A stretch of DNA of 64,000 nucleotides. Origin: Myxococcota bacterium (GTDB lineage: Bacteria > Myxococcota_A > Bradymonadia > UBA7976 > UBA1532). Below are positions 1 to 10,329 of the stretch, in pieces. The notes beneath the pieces are model-generated. The model searched no databases and was not told the DNA's origin. It was given only the letters and a program-made list of their open reading frames with translations. The stretch covers positions 1 through 64,000 of the forward strand of contig JAYZEG010000058.1 of assembly GCA_036337435.1 (NCBI GenBank), written 5' to 3'. Numbering within the stretch: position 1 is the first letter of the stretch; each line of letters begins with the position of its first letter. Both the position numbers and the translations under genes were made by a program.

Positions 1-45
1 GACTTTCCTCCCGCGCGCATGCGCCGGCGATCACGTGTCCTGGTC
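1..45 (-). ncRNA. rnpB: RNase P RNA (M1), 5' end, truncated by window edge
   Basis: Minus strand reads GACCAGGACACGTGATCGCCGGCGCATGCGCGCGGGAGGAAAGTC. It has the conserved TCGC...GGAGGAAAGTC signature with a short P3 hairpin and lies downstream of the zinc-ribbon gene, a common context. Confidence 0.8.
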
Positions 46-72
46 AGAGAATCTTTAAATGACGCTTAGGAA

Positions 73-834
73 TTAAGCGTCTGTCACCGCTTCAGGTGTG
101 TCTTCAACGTCTGTGACAGCGGGCATGAGGCCTTCACGCCAGACGATGTAACGGCGACAGTGGTTGCACTCTTCCAAAGTCGCCATCCGCATCAGACGGA
201 TTTTTACCTGGGGTGAGACCGCAATCTGACACGCCGTGCAGGTGTCGCCTATCACATTGGCCACAGCGATCCCGTCGCGTCCGGCCAGAACCCGGTCAAA
301 ACGCGATAAGGTTGGGCGGTCGATCATCGCGCGGAGCTCATCGCGCCGTTCAGTTTGGGCACCCGCTGCTGCTTCACCGTCTTGAATCTTGGCTTCGATC
401 TCTTGCTCAGCAGCCGTCATTTGTTCATCGAGCGTGTTGAATTCGTTGGTCTTTTTTTCAAAGTCAGCCGTTGCTGCTTCGAGTTGCTCCATCAACTTGA
501 GCAGCTCTTCGCTCTTCGGCGCATTCATACGCCGCGCGGTATCGAGCTCTTTGTTGAGTGCCGTCAGTTCTCGCTGCGACTGAATGCTACTCAAACGACC
601 GCGAGCTCGCCTGGCGACATCTTCTGCGCCTTTTATTTCGGCTTCTTTCTCTTTGCAAAATGTTCGGATTTCATCCAGTTGAGCGTTACGCTCACTTAGC
701 ATCATCTGGAACATTTGGCGGCTTGCCGCGTTATCGTTTCTGAGGGTAACGAGCTGTTTATTGAGTGTCCGAAGGTCTCGGAGACTGTCTTCTAGGTCTT
801 GCAGCTCGACGAGTGCACCAAGTGTCTCTTTCAC
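73..834 (-). CDS. Coiled-coil protein with C-terminal C4-type zinc ribbon (zf-RING_7/DUF164-like)
   Basis: Long heptad coiled coil followed by CTAC...CNHC. Start placed at GTG 834 with SD GGTAGGAG; the longer ORF start overlaps the tRNA. Confidence 0.85.
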   Translation of the reverse strand: MKETLGALVELQDLEDSLRDLRTLNKQLVTLRNDNAASRQMFQMMLSERNAQLDEIRTFCKEKEAEIKGAEDVARRARGRLSSIQSQRELTALNKELDTARRMNAPKSEELLKLMEQLEAATADFEKKTNEFNTLDEQMTAAEQEIEAKIQDGEAAAGAQTERRDELRAMIDRPTLSRFDRVLAGRDGIAVANVIGDTCTACQIAVSPQVKIRLMRMATLEECNHCRRYIVWREGLMPAVTDVEDTPEAVTDA

Positions 835-884
835 GGTCTCTCCTACCCGTTCTTTGAGCGACGGGCTGCCCCTTTTGACCAAAT

Positions 885-897
885 CCCCCGAAAGGGG
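885..897 (-). terminator. Short C(UUCG)G-type hairpin directly 3' of the tRNA (processing or termination signal)
   Basis: Minus strand CCCCTTTCGGGGG followed by ATTT. Confidence 0.35.
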
Positions 898-970
898 TGG
901 GCCCACCAGGATTTGAACCTGGGACCAACCGGTTATGAGCCGGCGGCTCTAACCACTGAGCTATGGGCCC
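898..970 (-). tRNA. tRNA-Ile2 (CAT anticodon, lysidine-modified type)
   Basis: GGGCCCATAGCTCAGTGGTTAGAGCCGCCGGCTCATAACCGGTTGGTCCCAGGTTCAAATCCTGGTGGGCCCA folds into a full cloverleaf. Anticodon CAT, C4-G69/C5-G68 TilS-type acceptor stem, located after rpoD. Confidence 0.93.
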
Positions 971-1003
971 TTAAGAGTGCACCTATGTTGCACCCGGAAA
1001 TCT

Positions 1004-2731
1004 CTATGTGTCAACGAACGCCTTCAAGCGCTTACTTCGAGAGGGGTGACGGAGTTTTCGAAGTGCCTTTGCTTCGATTTGGCGAATACGCTCTCGCGTC
1101 ACGTCAAAATCCTGACCCACCTCTTCCAAAGTGTGATCGGACTTTTCGCCGATTCCGAACCTCATGCGCAAGACTTTTTCTTCTCTTGGGGTCAAAGTTG
1201 CCAAAACTTTTCTCGTTTGCTCCTGCAAACTGAGGTTGACGACCGCCTCACTTGGACTGACTGCATTCTTGTCTTCGATGAAATCACCGAGATGGCTGTC
1301 TTCCTCTTCACCAATGGGTGTCTCCAGAGAAATCGGCTCTTTGGCAATCTTGAGGACCTTGCGAACTTTATCCAGCGGCAGGTCCATCTTCTCGGCAATT
1401 TCTTCCGGCGTCGGTTCGCGGCCCATCTCTTGGACCAAATAGCGGCTCGTGCGAATCAACTTGTTGATGGTCTCGATCATGTGGACCGGAATCCGGATGG
1501 TCCGAGCTTGGTCGGCGATGGCGCGTGTGATGGCCTGTCGAATCCACCAGGTGGCATACGTACTGAACTTGTAGCCTCGCTTATATTCGAATTTGTCGAC
1601 GGCTTTCATCAGGCCGATATTGCCTTCTTGAATCAAGTCCAAGAATTGGAGTCCTCGATTCGTGTACTTCTTTGCGATGCTCACCACCAAACGGAGGTTG
1701 GCCTCTACAAGCTCTGTTTTCGCCCTTTCAGCGGCGCGGTCACCGACTTGAATGGTTCGGTAGAGCTTACGGAGTTCATCAAGACTGCAGCCAACTTCCA
1801 TCTCGACACAGCTGATGTATCGCCGGGCCTTGGACAAGAGGTCATTATGCCCGACCAACCACTCTAAGTCGTCGGTCTTGTATCGATTGAGGATGCGGGT
1901 GACGGTTCGCTTGTCTTTGGTTCGACGAAGCGTTCGCAAATCCTTATCTAATTTGGCCAAGCTATCGGCTCGACTGCGTTTGACGGCTCGACGTTGTAAG
2001 TCTTCTCCGATGAGTGCCCGGCGGTAGAGCAGCTTCACGCGCCCTGCCATGATGTCAATGATGCGCTTGACGAAGCCCATTTCGATGATGGTCTCACGAC
2101 ATTGCTGTTTGACGTTCTTAAGCCGAGTCTCAAGTTGCTTTCGGTATGTCGCCTTCATGGGCTGAATACCCGAGAGACGTTCTTCGATTTTACGCCGCTC
2201 GCTGTCTAGCTTTTTGACTTCGGCCGCAAGACGAATCAGAACCTCTGCGCGGTCTTCAACAATCTCTACGCCCTCCGGGGGCTCGCCGATGAGTTCTTTT
2301 AAGCGAACACATCGTTTCTGGAGCTTGTCGACCAAATCCACCGCGGTACGCGCGGCCACAGGACAATCGATAACCGCGTCCCGAACATGAATTTGACCCG
2401 ATTCGATGCGTTTCGCGATCTCGACTTCACCCTCGCGAGTGAGCAAAGAGACAGAGCCCATTTTGCGAAGATAGACGCGAACCGGGTCATTGGTGCGATA
2501 CGCATTATCGCCCTCACCTTCCTTGACGCCTTTCTTGCGCTCGGCTGCCGCTTCTTCACGGTCGACGACGCGAATATTGGCCATCTTGAGCATGGTGAGT
2601 ACTTCGTCTAGTTGCTCCGGCATATAGCCGGGCGGCAAGACTCGGTTTACTTCTTCGTTCGTCAGAAAGCCTTTGCTCTGACCACGTGCGACTAATTCCC
2701 GCAGCTGACGCTGCTCCTGGGATACTGACAT
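1004..2731 (-). CDS. rpoD: RNA polymerase primary sigma factor sigma70
   Basis: Region 1.1, [42 protein letters not shown] and region 4 [20 protein letters not shown]. Confidence 0.98.
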   Translation of the reverse strand: MSVSQEQRQLRELVARGQSKGFLTNEEVNRVLPPGYMPEQLDEVLTMLKMANIRVVDREEAAAERKKGVKEGEGDNAYRTNDPVRVYLRKMGSVSLLTREGEVEIAKRIESGQIHVRDAVIDCPVAARTAVDLVDKLQKRCVRLKELIGEPPEGVEIVEDRAEVLIRLAAEVKKLDSERRKIEERLSGIQPMKATYRKQLETRLKNVKQQCRETIIEMGFVKRIIDIMAGRVKLLYRRALIGEDLQRRAVKRSRADSLAKLDKDLRTLRRTKDKRTVTRILNRYKTDDLEWLVGHNDLLSKARRYISCVEMEVGCSLDELRKLYRTIQVGDRAAERAKTELVEANLRLVVSIAKKYTNRGLQFLDLIQEGNIGLMKAVDKFEYKRGYKFSTYATWWIRQAITRAIADQARTIRIPVHMIETINKLIRTSRYLVQEMGREPTPEEIAEKMDLPLDKVRKVLKIAKEPISLETPIGEEEDSHLGDFIEDKNAVSPSEAVVNLSLQEQTRKVLATLTPREEKVLRMRFGIGEKSDHTLEEVGQDFDVTRERIRQIEAKALRKLRHPSRSKRLKAFVDT

Positions 2732-4681
2732 CTAGCCTGCTCCCTTGGCTGATACGGCGCTGAGCTGACTCAAAGCAGCTCGAACGCGGTTTAATTCCTC
2801 GTTCAATTCGGCACAGCGGATAGGGTCGGAGTAAAAGACTCCCTTGATCTCCCTATTTAGCCGCGACCGGTCAGCCTCTAATGCACCCCGTTGCAACCGC
2901 AACATGGCATCATCAAAAGCCGTTTCGACCACCTCCGCCTCAACGATAAGGGGAAGGGCCTGTAACCCCCGCAAGTAAGCGGTCGCTTGTGGGTCTCCCA
3001 AACCCGATAGGATTTGGTCAATATTAGGTGTTCTACCTACACTAACCTCACCGTAGAGGCTGTGAAAAAAAGCAATCAGACCGGGCTGCGTCAAGTATTT
3101 ATGACATCCGGTGGCATGCATCCGCTCTGCAAGAAACGGAAATTGCACTATAAATACGAGTATTTGAGACACATATCCTGGCAGAAAAAACGACTCCGAA
3201 ATAGACGGTGAAAACGACTCGGGAATCGGCTCAAATTTGCCCGTGTAGGGGCCATTTTGGGCCTCTGAGTAAAAATAGTCGGGTGGCGATGCCAAAGTAG
3301 GTGCTGATCTTGGCTCCTGTATGGTTGGAGGTCTCCCTCGCCCAGGCTTGGGTGATTTGACCTCGGCCAACGCACCTCGAATGATCTCGGAGCTTAGACC
3401 TAAGTGCGTCTCAATTTGCGAAATATATAAATCTTTAGACAATGCATCGGTCAATTTCGACAGCGCCGGTACAACCTCTCGGAGCGCTGCGAGACGACCC
3501 GGTGGGTCATCGGGATGCATGTCCGCCTGCCGCTTGATCAAGATGTCCATCAGGGGGGCGGCGGAATCCAGCAGCGTGTTGAACGCCTCAATGCCATTGG
3601 CTTGTACGTACGAATCGGGGTCGCTGCCGTCGGGCATCATGACAGCCCGCGGTTGTATCCCCGCATCCAGAAAGGGCTCTAAACTCGCGAAGGCGGCTTT
3701 TTCGCCGGCTGCATCTCCATCCATGACGCAGACCGCGTTGCTGTTGAGGCGCTTGACCAAACGAACTTGCTCGGGCGTGAGTGCCGTCCCCATGGCAGCA
3801 ACGGTTCCTTCAAGACCTTTGTCCCACAAGGCCACAACATCGATATTGCCCTCGACGAGGACAACCCGACCCGCTTTCCTCGCGGCAGAGCGGGCTGTGA
3901 ACGCGCCGTAGAGTTGCTGCCCTTTGGTGAACACCGGCGACTCCGGTGAATTCATGTATTTTGCGATCTTCTTGTTGTTGTCGAGAATACGTCCGCTGTA
4001 TCCGGTCACATCGCCCCGAAAGTCAACCACAGGAAACATCAATCGCTCGCGAAAACGGAGATAACCACCACGCAGGGGCTTACTCTCAACCCAACCGTCA
4101 TTGGGTTCCATGACAACGCCGAGTCGTACCATATCACCAAGAGCGAGCTCCTGACGCTCTAGGAAGTCTGAAAAGGCGCGCTTGTCGCCACTCGCCCAGC
4201 CCAATCGAAACGCTTCCGCGGACCGTCGACTCAATCCACGTTGAGATAAATAGCGGCGTGCTCGCTCTCCGCCCGGACCAAAGAGCTGGTCGGAGTAATA
4301 CCCAGTCAACGCATCTTGGGCGTCCAAAAGACGGCGTTCCAGCGATTTCTTTTCTTCACGTTTCCTTCGCTCTTCCGGGGATTCGGGCCGCTGTTCGGGG
4401 ACTTCAACGCCACATTCGGCTGCCAGTTCTTTTACGGCTTCCGGAAAGCTCCTGGCACCTACCTCCATCAAGAACTTAATGGAATGCCCGTGAGCGCCAC
4501 ACCCAAAACAATGGTACGTGTTTCGGGTCGGCGACACCGTGAAGGATGGCGTTTTCTCATCGTGAAATGGACAAAGGCCTTTATAAAGTGACCCAGCTTT
4601 CTTGAGGTTGACATGCCGACCGATCAGCGCGACGAGGTCTGTACGCTCTAAAACCTCCGCGATGGTCTCATCCGGTATCAA
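2732..4681 (-). CDS. dnaG: DNA primase
   Basis: CHC2 zinc finger CPFH..EKTPSF..CFGC, KYMNSPES, TOPRIM motifs VEGNID and DGDAAG. Its stop codon abuts the rpoD ATG. Confidence 0.97.
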   Translation of the reverse strand: MIPDETIAEVLERTDLVALIGRHVNLKKAGSLYKGLCPFHDEKTPSFTVSPTRNTYHCFGCGAHGHSIKFLMEVGARSFPEAVKELAAECGVEVPEQRPESPEERRKREEKKSLERRLLDAQDALTGYYSDQLFGPGGERARRYLSQRGLSRRSAEAFRLGWASGDKRAFSDFLERQELALGDMVRLGVVMEPNDGWVESKPLRGGYLRFRERLMFPVVDFRGDVTGYSGRILDNNKKIAKYMNSPESPVFTKGQQLYGAFTARSAARKAGRVVLVEGNIDVVALWDKGLEGTVAAMGTALTPEQVRLVKRLNSNAVCVMDGDAAGEKAAFASLEPFLDAGIQPRAVMMPDGSDPDSYVQANGIEAFNTLLDSAAPLMDILIKRQADMHPDDPPGRLAALREVVPALSKLTDALSKDLYISQIETHLGLSSEIIRGALAEVKSPKPGRGRPPTIQEPRSAPTLASPPDYFYSEAQNGPYTGKFEPIPESFSPSISESFFLPGYVSQILVFIVQFPFLAERMHATGCHKYLTQPGLIAFFHSLYGEVSVGRTPNIDQILSGLGDPQATAYLRGLQALPLIVEAEVVETAFDDAMLRLQRGALEADRSRLNREIKGVFYSDPIRCAELNEELNRVRAALSQLSAVSAKGAG

Positions 4682-4778
4682 CGCTCTAATGCCCCCTCAG
4701 CATTTATGAGCCTAGAAGAATATTGTCTGATTCGTATAGATCAAGCGTCTGGTGGTAAGTCCTTGAAGGACAGCGTAA

Positions 4779-5693
4779 TTACCCGTCTTGACTGTATTCT
4801 TGACGGTCGATTCTGTGGCCCTTGAAGTGATTTCTGAACTTACTCATGAAGTCCTTGCTCGTCCGATGAACTGGGAGCTGAACGAATGGTTTGAGCTGTC
4901 TTCGCTCGACACCCACGTAATAAACTTCCCGCTCGACGCCTTCGCAAAGACCCCGCCACACAGCTCTGAAAAATGCACCTTCGTAGGCATTCGTATCCGT
5001 TGGAAGGAGGCTGACGAGTCGTTGAATCCAGGCTAAGTCACGGTCCTTAAAGGTTGCCCGAAGGCCTGTGCGTGTCTTCTCATAACCGTCTTCGTCAACA
5101 AGCACTTCGAAAAGACCGTCGAGAGAGGCTGGGTGTTTGAAATTCACGTCCACCTCAAAGTCCAAGTACACTTTTTCGACGTTGATGCCCTTTAAATCTT
5201 GGACCCGAGACGTGTTGCCGCCAAGCCAATAGACAACGCGGAAAAATTGCGCCCACACATCCTCTAGGTGGAGCCGCGGTGGCACATCTCTGTCTTGGGA
5301 ATCGCAAAAGTAACTGTTGCCGACAGACGGTCCGGTGTGAAAACGGCAGGCACCCTGACTATTCCAACGGAACCCAAACAGGGCTCCCATGCTCATGCCG
5401 CGATATCCAATGGCATCTTTTACTTCTCTTTCATCGAAGAGATCGAGGTCGTCGATGAAGACGTAAAAGTGCTCATCGGCATCCCTGACTTCGACGACAC
5501 CACCCTCATCTCCGCCAACGGAAAATAAGACCGAATCTTCATCCCAGGGAATGGCTACATCGTCGCCCAAGTAAAAGACCTGTCCCGTCGCTTCAACATA
5601 GTTAAAGGATTCTTCTGTCAAAAAATCTCGAACTCGAGTCGTCCAATTGTCAAAATCGAGGTTTTTTGGGTCAACGACGTAGAATTCCATCAA
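4779..5693 (-). CDS. Hypothetical protein (304 aa)
   Basis: Long ORF with GGAGG SD, acidic globular composition and no recognised motif. Confidence 0.75.
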   Translation of the reverse strand: MMEFYVVDPKNLDFDNWTTRVRDFLTEESFNYVEATGQVFYLGDDVAIPWDEDSVLFSVGGDEGGVVEVRDADEHFYVFIDDLDLFDEREVKDAIGYRGMSMGALFGFRWNSQGACRFHTGPSVGNSYFCDSQDRDVPPRLHLEDVWAQFFRVVYWLGGNTSRVQDLKGINVEKVYLDFEVDVNFKHPASLDGLFEVLVDEDGYEKTRTGLRATFKDRDLAWIQRLVSLLPTDTNAYEGAFFRAVWRGLCEGVEREVYYVGVERRQLKPFVQLPVHRTSKDFMSKFRNHFKGHRIDRQEYSQDG

Positions 5694-5851
5694 GTCCTCC
5701 GAACAGATCTACCTGGCACAGCGAGTCTGTACACCACCGAACTCACTGAAATCCAGTAATGCCACCCATGAAAAGGGCCACAAGCTAACGGTACAAATCG
5801 GCGTTGTCAAATGCCAAACAATTGACTCGCCTGGCTCAGCGGTAAGCGTAC

Positions 5852-6790
5852 TTACTGCGCGGGCACAATGTAATGGGTCTGAAGTAGATAAATTAGGTCC
5901 TGATATGTGTCTGCATCATTGGCATCACTGTGATTCAAGATCGGGTCGAGCTCTGCAAAATTAATCACCAACTGCAAGGTGTCTAATGCCTCGGGGGACA
6001 ATTCGGAGAGCTTCGATTCGAGGGGGTTGACCAAAGCAAAAGCCGAAATGGCATCGGGGATCATTTTCCTGTACCGCTCAACTTGCTCTCGATGTGCCTC
6101 ACCCGCACTGAGAAGAGCGCCCAGATCCTCACTTAAGACATCATCGAATACGCGGTCGGTGGCAAAACCCCGCACTTTAAATCGACCCGACGAAAACGCC
6201 ATCGCGCGAAAGAGTGCCTTTTTCGCTGGTAGCCGGTCTTCGAGTTCAGTGGGCGTGCGGACTCGAGCCGAGACGATGGTGCCATCTCGAAAATAGACCT
6301 TGATTCTGTGACCCGACTCGTCGGCCAAATCGAGCACTGCGTTTTTATTAAATCGCGCAACCATGGAAATCAGTTCTGAAATGCTTGTTCCAGGGCCAGG
6401 AAACGTCCCCTCAAGGCCTTGCTTAAAGACCGTGCTTTTCCGGTCAGGCTGATCAACCCGCAGCGACTGACCTACGGGCGTCTTTGCCGGACTGCTATCG
6501 ATTTCCACAAGCTGGATAATCGAATGACCTATCCCCACCTTGTCATCCACTTTGAGCGCATGTTCTGCGATCAATTCCCCATTGACCAGCGTGCCATTGG
6601 TGCTGTCTAGGTCTTGAATTCGAATCTCGTCTCCAAAGGTCGTAATCCGGGCATGGCGCCGTGAGACGAGATCGTCGTCGAGAACCATGTCGAATTCACT
6701 GCCGCGACCGATGAAGAACTCTCTGTTGGGCTTCAGGGGAAATTCCCCACCGGCATGCTTGCCTGTGATAAATCGCAATAGATAGGCCAT
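5852..6790 (-). CDS. FHA domain protein with DUF4388/PatA_N-like C-terminal domain
   Basis: FHA motifs IGR, VSRRHA, DLDSTNGT, then a G-x-L...IYFRDGTIVSA DUF4388-like pattern. ATG at 6790. Confidence 0.85.
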   Translation of the reverse strand: MAYLLRFITGKHAGGEFPLKPNREFFIGRGSEFDMVLDDDLVSRRHARITTFGDEIRIQDLDSTNGTLVNGELIAEHALKVDDKVGIGHSIIQLVEIDSSPAKTPVGQSLRVDQPDRKSTVFKQGLEGTFPGPGTSISELISMVARFNKNAVLDLADESGHRIKVYFRDGTIVSARVRTPTELEDRLPAKKALFRAMAFSSGRFKVRGFATDRVFDDVLSEDLGALLSAGEAHREQVERYRKMIPDAISAFALVNPLESKLSELSPEALDTLQLVINFAELDPILNHSDANDADTYQDLIYLLQTHYIVPAQ

Positions 6791-6952
6791 GGCGTCGAAC
6801 TCCTTGAGAACGAGACTACAGACTGTTGGTAACATTGAGGATCTCTCGGGGCAACAGGACACATTCGTTTCCGAATAATTGGACGGATAATTTTGTTAAG
6901 GGATAATGCACAGGTGCTGTTTTTCTGGCCTAGGTATCAAGGGATTACTTCA

Positions 6953-9151
6953 ATGGTGAGCCTCAGAGTGTTGATAAAAAACGGACTCTTTCTGACTGCA
7001 AGTAGTCTATTGATCGGTTTGTCGGTACCAGTTCAAACGTACGCGCAAGAGCAAACACCTGACGTTCAATTGAAGCTCGCAGGAATCGCATTGCTGGAGC
7101 GGGATGGCACGACCGCCAGGCGGCCATGGACACAGTTTTTGGACTCTGAATCAGACGAGGTCCGTCGACAAGCGATTCTGGCAATGGGGCGATTGAAGTC
7201 GGCCGCCCATCTTGGCCTGATCCGTTCAAAACTCGCGGATCCAGTGCCGACTGTTCGTCAGGCTGCGGCCTTCAGCTACGGCTTGATGGATGGGGCAAAC
7301 TCCGGGCAGCTCTTCGCTCGGTACAAAGCCGAACCGAACGTCGATGTACGGGCGACCCAGATTCGGGCCATCGGTCGAATCGGCACTTTGGCTGATTCCA
7401 ACGCACTTCGCCTGCAGTACGAAACAGCCCAGGATGAACTCAAGCCAAGCATCTTGTATGCACTCGCTGACCTCAATCGCCATCGGTCCACTGTCGACCA
7501 AGCGTTCATCAAAACCATCGTCGCACGCTTCATCAAACACCCGATCATCTACGAACGACGCGCCATCCTAAATTGGCTTCAGCGTTCACCGTTGAAAGAA
7601 ACTGCACTGCCGATGGCTTTTCATAGGAAATGCCTAGCGGATGAAAATGCCGATGTTCGTCAAGTCTGTGTCGGACTTATCGCGGACAAAAGTCCAGATG
7701 CGTTGGCCCTATTGGCTGGCTGTCTCAATGATAAAAACACCGGCGTTAAAATCGCGGCGGTCCGCCAACTTGGACAGACAAACCAAATCGAGCCCCTGGT
7801 CAAGAGTTTGGCTGAGACGTTCACGGCAAATGTGAAGTGGGCGTCGCTTGGGGCGGATGCGCTCGCCACCTTAGACGCCCTGATGTTGGTTCCGTTGAAT
7901 TCAAATCACAGAGAGGTCATCTCGAGTGTTTTTCAATTGACGCTGTCGCGGCTGGCCCCCCGCAAAAAGTCCCCAGCGAGACCTCTGACGCGCGATGGGG
8001 GTCCACCAGTCGAAAAAACAGCACAAGATGAATCAATGACCCATGCCGCCGAAGAAAAACCACGACCGATCATCGGTGAAATCAATTGTGCAAGTGCCGC
8101 GATCCTGGATCGCATGACGGGCCGAATCCAAAAGACGCGAACATGCGGTGGTCCCGAGCTTTCGCCGGAACGACGAATCCACTGGCAATTGCTGGCAATC
8201 AAGCGGTCCGGGACGGTCATGAAACAGCTCAAACGCCTCTACATGAGTGCTGGGTCGGCGGGCCGGATTCGAGTGATCGATGAATTGGCGAATCAACCAG
8301 AAAGCAGGGCACGTGACCAAATCCTGTTTGATGCACTCAGCTCACAGGATTCTCATTTGGTCATTAGAGGCATTAAGGTGGCGGTCATGCTAAAACCAAA
8401 TGGTCATCGCCAGGCCTTGGTTGACCTGTATAAAACGGCAACCAGCAAAGGCCAATTCGGTGTCATCGCAACGCTCTTCGAAGCCTATGCGAGTTTAGAG
8501 CTCCTCGAGACCGTTCAGCTTGTAGAGAGGCATGCCGACGATTCGCGGCTTGTCGTAAAGCGAGCTGCAACGGTCGCACTGGCTCGACTCGAATCGGTGA
8601 TCGCGAGACAAAATGAAACAGGAGGAATACGCATAGAATCTGGCCGTCGCGACCGTGTTCCACCACCTGCATTCATGATGGAGAGCGAGAAGCCCGACTT
8701 GAGATTGGCTCAATCTGCAGAGTTTGAAAACGCACTCATCTACACGACTGCCGGAGATTTTCTTATCCAGTTTCACATGGTCAATGCCCGCCAATCGGTG
8801 AAGCGGTTTGTTGCGCTGATCAAGCGTCAGTTTTTCAAAGACCAACGTTTCTTCGGAATCCAGCACGGACGTTGGATTCAAACCGGCGATCCAACGAACA
8901 CCGGTTTTTTCATTCCGGGCCAACTGTACCGCCCGGAGATCAACCAACGGCCTGTCAAACGGGGTGCCATTGGCCTGGTGCCTGGGGTAGGTGGTCTGGA
9001 CGGTACAAAATGGTTTATATCGCTCGTCGATAAACCGGAATTAGACGGCCAAATCACGGTAATTGGCGTGGTCAAGGAAGGTCTAGATGTCCTCTATCGA
9101 TTGTCACCGAGCGATCGAATTATTCGTGTGGAGTTGCTTTCGAAGCGATGA
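6953..9151 (+). CDS. Secreted HEAT-repeat protein with C-terminal cyclophilin-like domain
   Basis: Signal peptide, HEAT repeats (EVRRQAILAMGR, TVRQAAAFSYG) and cyclophilin-like IQTGDP...LDGQITVIGVV.EG. Confidence 0.8.
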   Translation: MVSLRVLIKNGLFLTASSLLIGLSVPVQTYAQEQTPDVQLKLAGIALLERDGTTARRPWTQFLDSESDEVRRQAILAMGRLKSAAHLGLIRSKLADPVPTVRQAAAFSYGLMDGANSGQLFARYKAEPNVDVRATQIRAIGRIGTLADSNALRLQYETAQDELKPSILYALADLNRHRSTVDQAFIKTIVARFIKHPIIYERRAILNWLQRSPLKETALPMAFHRKCLADENADVRQVCVGLIADKSPDALALLAGCLNDKNTGVKIAAVRQLGQTNQIEPLVKSLAETFTANVKWASLGADALATLDALMLVPLNSNHREVISSVFQLTLSRLAPRKKSPARPLTRDGGPPVEKTAQDESMTHAAEEKPRPIIGEINCASAAILDRMTGRIQKTRTCGGPELSPERRIHWQLLAIKRSGTVMKQLKRLYMSAGSAGRIRVIDELANQPESRARDQILFDALSSQDSHLVIRGIKVAVMLKPNGHRQALVDLYKTATSKGQFGVIATLFEAYASLELLETVQLVERHADDSRLVVKRAATVALARLESVIARQNETGGIRIESGRRDRVPPPAFMMESEKPDLRLAQSAEFENALIYTTAGDFLIQFHMVNARQSVKRFVALIKRQFFKDQRFFGIQHGRWIQTGDPTNTGFFIPGQLYRPEINQRPVKRGAIGLVPGVGGLDGTKWFISLVDKPELDGQITVIGVVKEGLDVLYRLSPSDRIIRVELLSKR

Positions 9152-9220
9152 AGCATCATTATTCTCACTATACGCACGCGAAGAGGTCAAACCCAGCGCA
9201 GGTGCATCTCAGGAGTTGTC

Positions 9221-9493
9221 ATGAATTCGATGGATTATTCACTTCTAGGTATTGGCATGCCGGGTATTCCGGAATTGCTGCTTATCTTTTTCATCATATT
9301 GGTTGTCTTTGGTGCCAACCGTCTACCCCAATTAGGCGACGCCCTTGGCAAAGGCATTAGGAACTTCAAAAAATCTTTTTCCAGCGACACAACTGAAGCC
9401 GAGGCCAGTCGTGTAGACACGAAACAAGTCGAGGCCAACGACCCCATCGTGACGGAAAGCACAGCGGTCAAATCGGAAAAAAAGAACAGCTAA
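9221..9493 (+). CDS. tatA: Twin-arginine translocase TatA/E subunit
   Basis: GIPELLLIFFIILVVFGANRLPQLGDALGKGIRNFKKS. Confidence 0.93.
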   Translation: MNSMDYSLLGIGMPGIPELLLIFFIILVVFGANRLPQLGDALGKGIRNFKKSFSSDTTEAEASRVDTKQVEANDPIVTESTAVKSEKKNS

Positions 9494-9507
9494 GAGTCCG
9501 ACTCTAA

Positions 9508-10329
9508 TCACTCACTGGATGGCTCATCTCGACGCGCCATCAAATCCATCACCCATTCAATTTTGACCAGCTGTTCATCGATGGGTGAATCTAGCGGAAA
9601 CGACCTCAATCGCTGTTTTGCCGCCGAGCGAATATCGGCGTCAATTGAACGTGCTGATGCAACCTCCCTCAAGCCACTCTCGTCGAGAAGCTCCAACAGA
9701 GATCGCGACACATCAGACGGCGTATAAGGGTTTTGCATCAGGGCCAATTGCACTTGGCGTCGACGACACCAGCGATCGTTTTTAAAGACTTGGGCCAAGA
9801 CCTCTGCACGATTTGGCTGTCCGCTGGCGATCCTCAATACATCCCGTTCCAGGACTCGAGGGTTCTTCAATAAGATCCCGATGACGCCAGCATCTGGATC
9901 CGTCAGCAGCCTGGAGAGTACATCACGGTCACGACTGCGCGCCAATGAGCGACGTTCGCCCAACGTCAAATCACGATCCGGCAGGATTCTAGGGACCCGT
10001 ACTTCCGCTGGTGCAATTTCTTTGGCCGGCTTACGGTCGATTAATAACTCGATGACCGACTGATCTTGGGCCGCAACAGCGGCGACGAGTAATTTTTTTT
10101 CAACGAGCGGTCGATGCTCATGCAGCAGTCTGGACAATGACAACATGGCAATCTGGGTTGCCTCATGGCGATTCGGGCGTTGGTCCAACACGAAACGAAC
10201 GAGACTGAGATTGTCATCGGGGTGGTGACGCTCCAAAAATTCTCGCCAGAGTGCAACACGCATCGCAAGCTCTGACACACTGACCAACCGGTTTAAAAAC
10301 CGTCTTTCGCGTACCAAATTGTCATTCAC
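9508..10329 (-). CDS. Hypothetical helical-repeat (LRV/HEAT-like) protein
   Basis: LLTDPDAGVIGILLKNP and ALMQNPYTP repeats. Confidence 0.7.
   Translation of the reverse strand: MNDNLVRERRFLNRLVSVSELAMRVALWREFLERHHPDDNLSLVRFVLDQRPNRHEATQIAMLSLSRLLHEHRPLVEKKLLVAAVAAQDQSVIELLIDRKPAKEIAPAEVRVPRILPDRDLTLGERRSLARSRDRDVLSRLLTDPDAGVIGILLKNPRVLERDVLRIASGQPNRAEVLAQVFKNDRWCRRRQVQLALMQNPYTPSDVSRSLLELLDESGLREVASARSIDADIRSAAKQRLRSFPLDSPIDEQLVKIEWVMDLMARRDEPSSE

Noticed and set aside
835..906. N-terminal extension of the zinc-ribbon ORF in the track
   Set aside because: Overlaps the tRNA 3' end; a GTG with good SD exists at 834
977..1867. 296-aa + strand ORF
   Set aside because: Antisense shadow of the conserved rpoD, with no motif of its own
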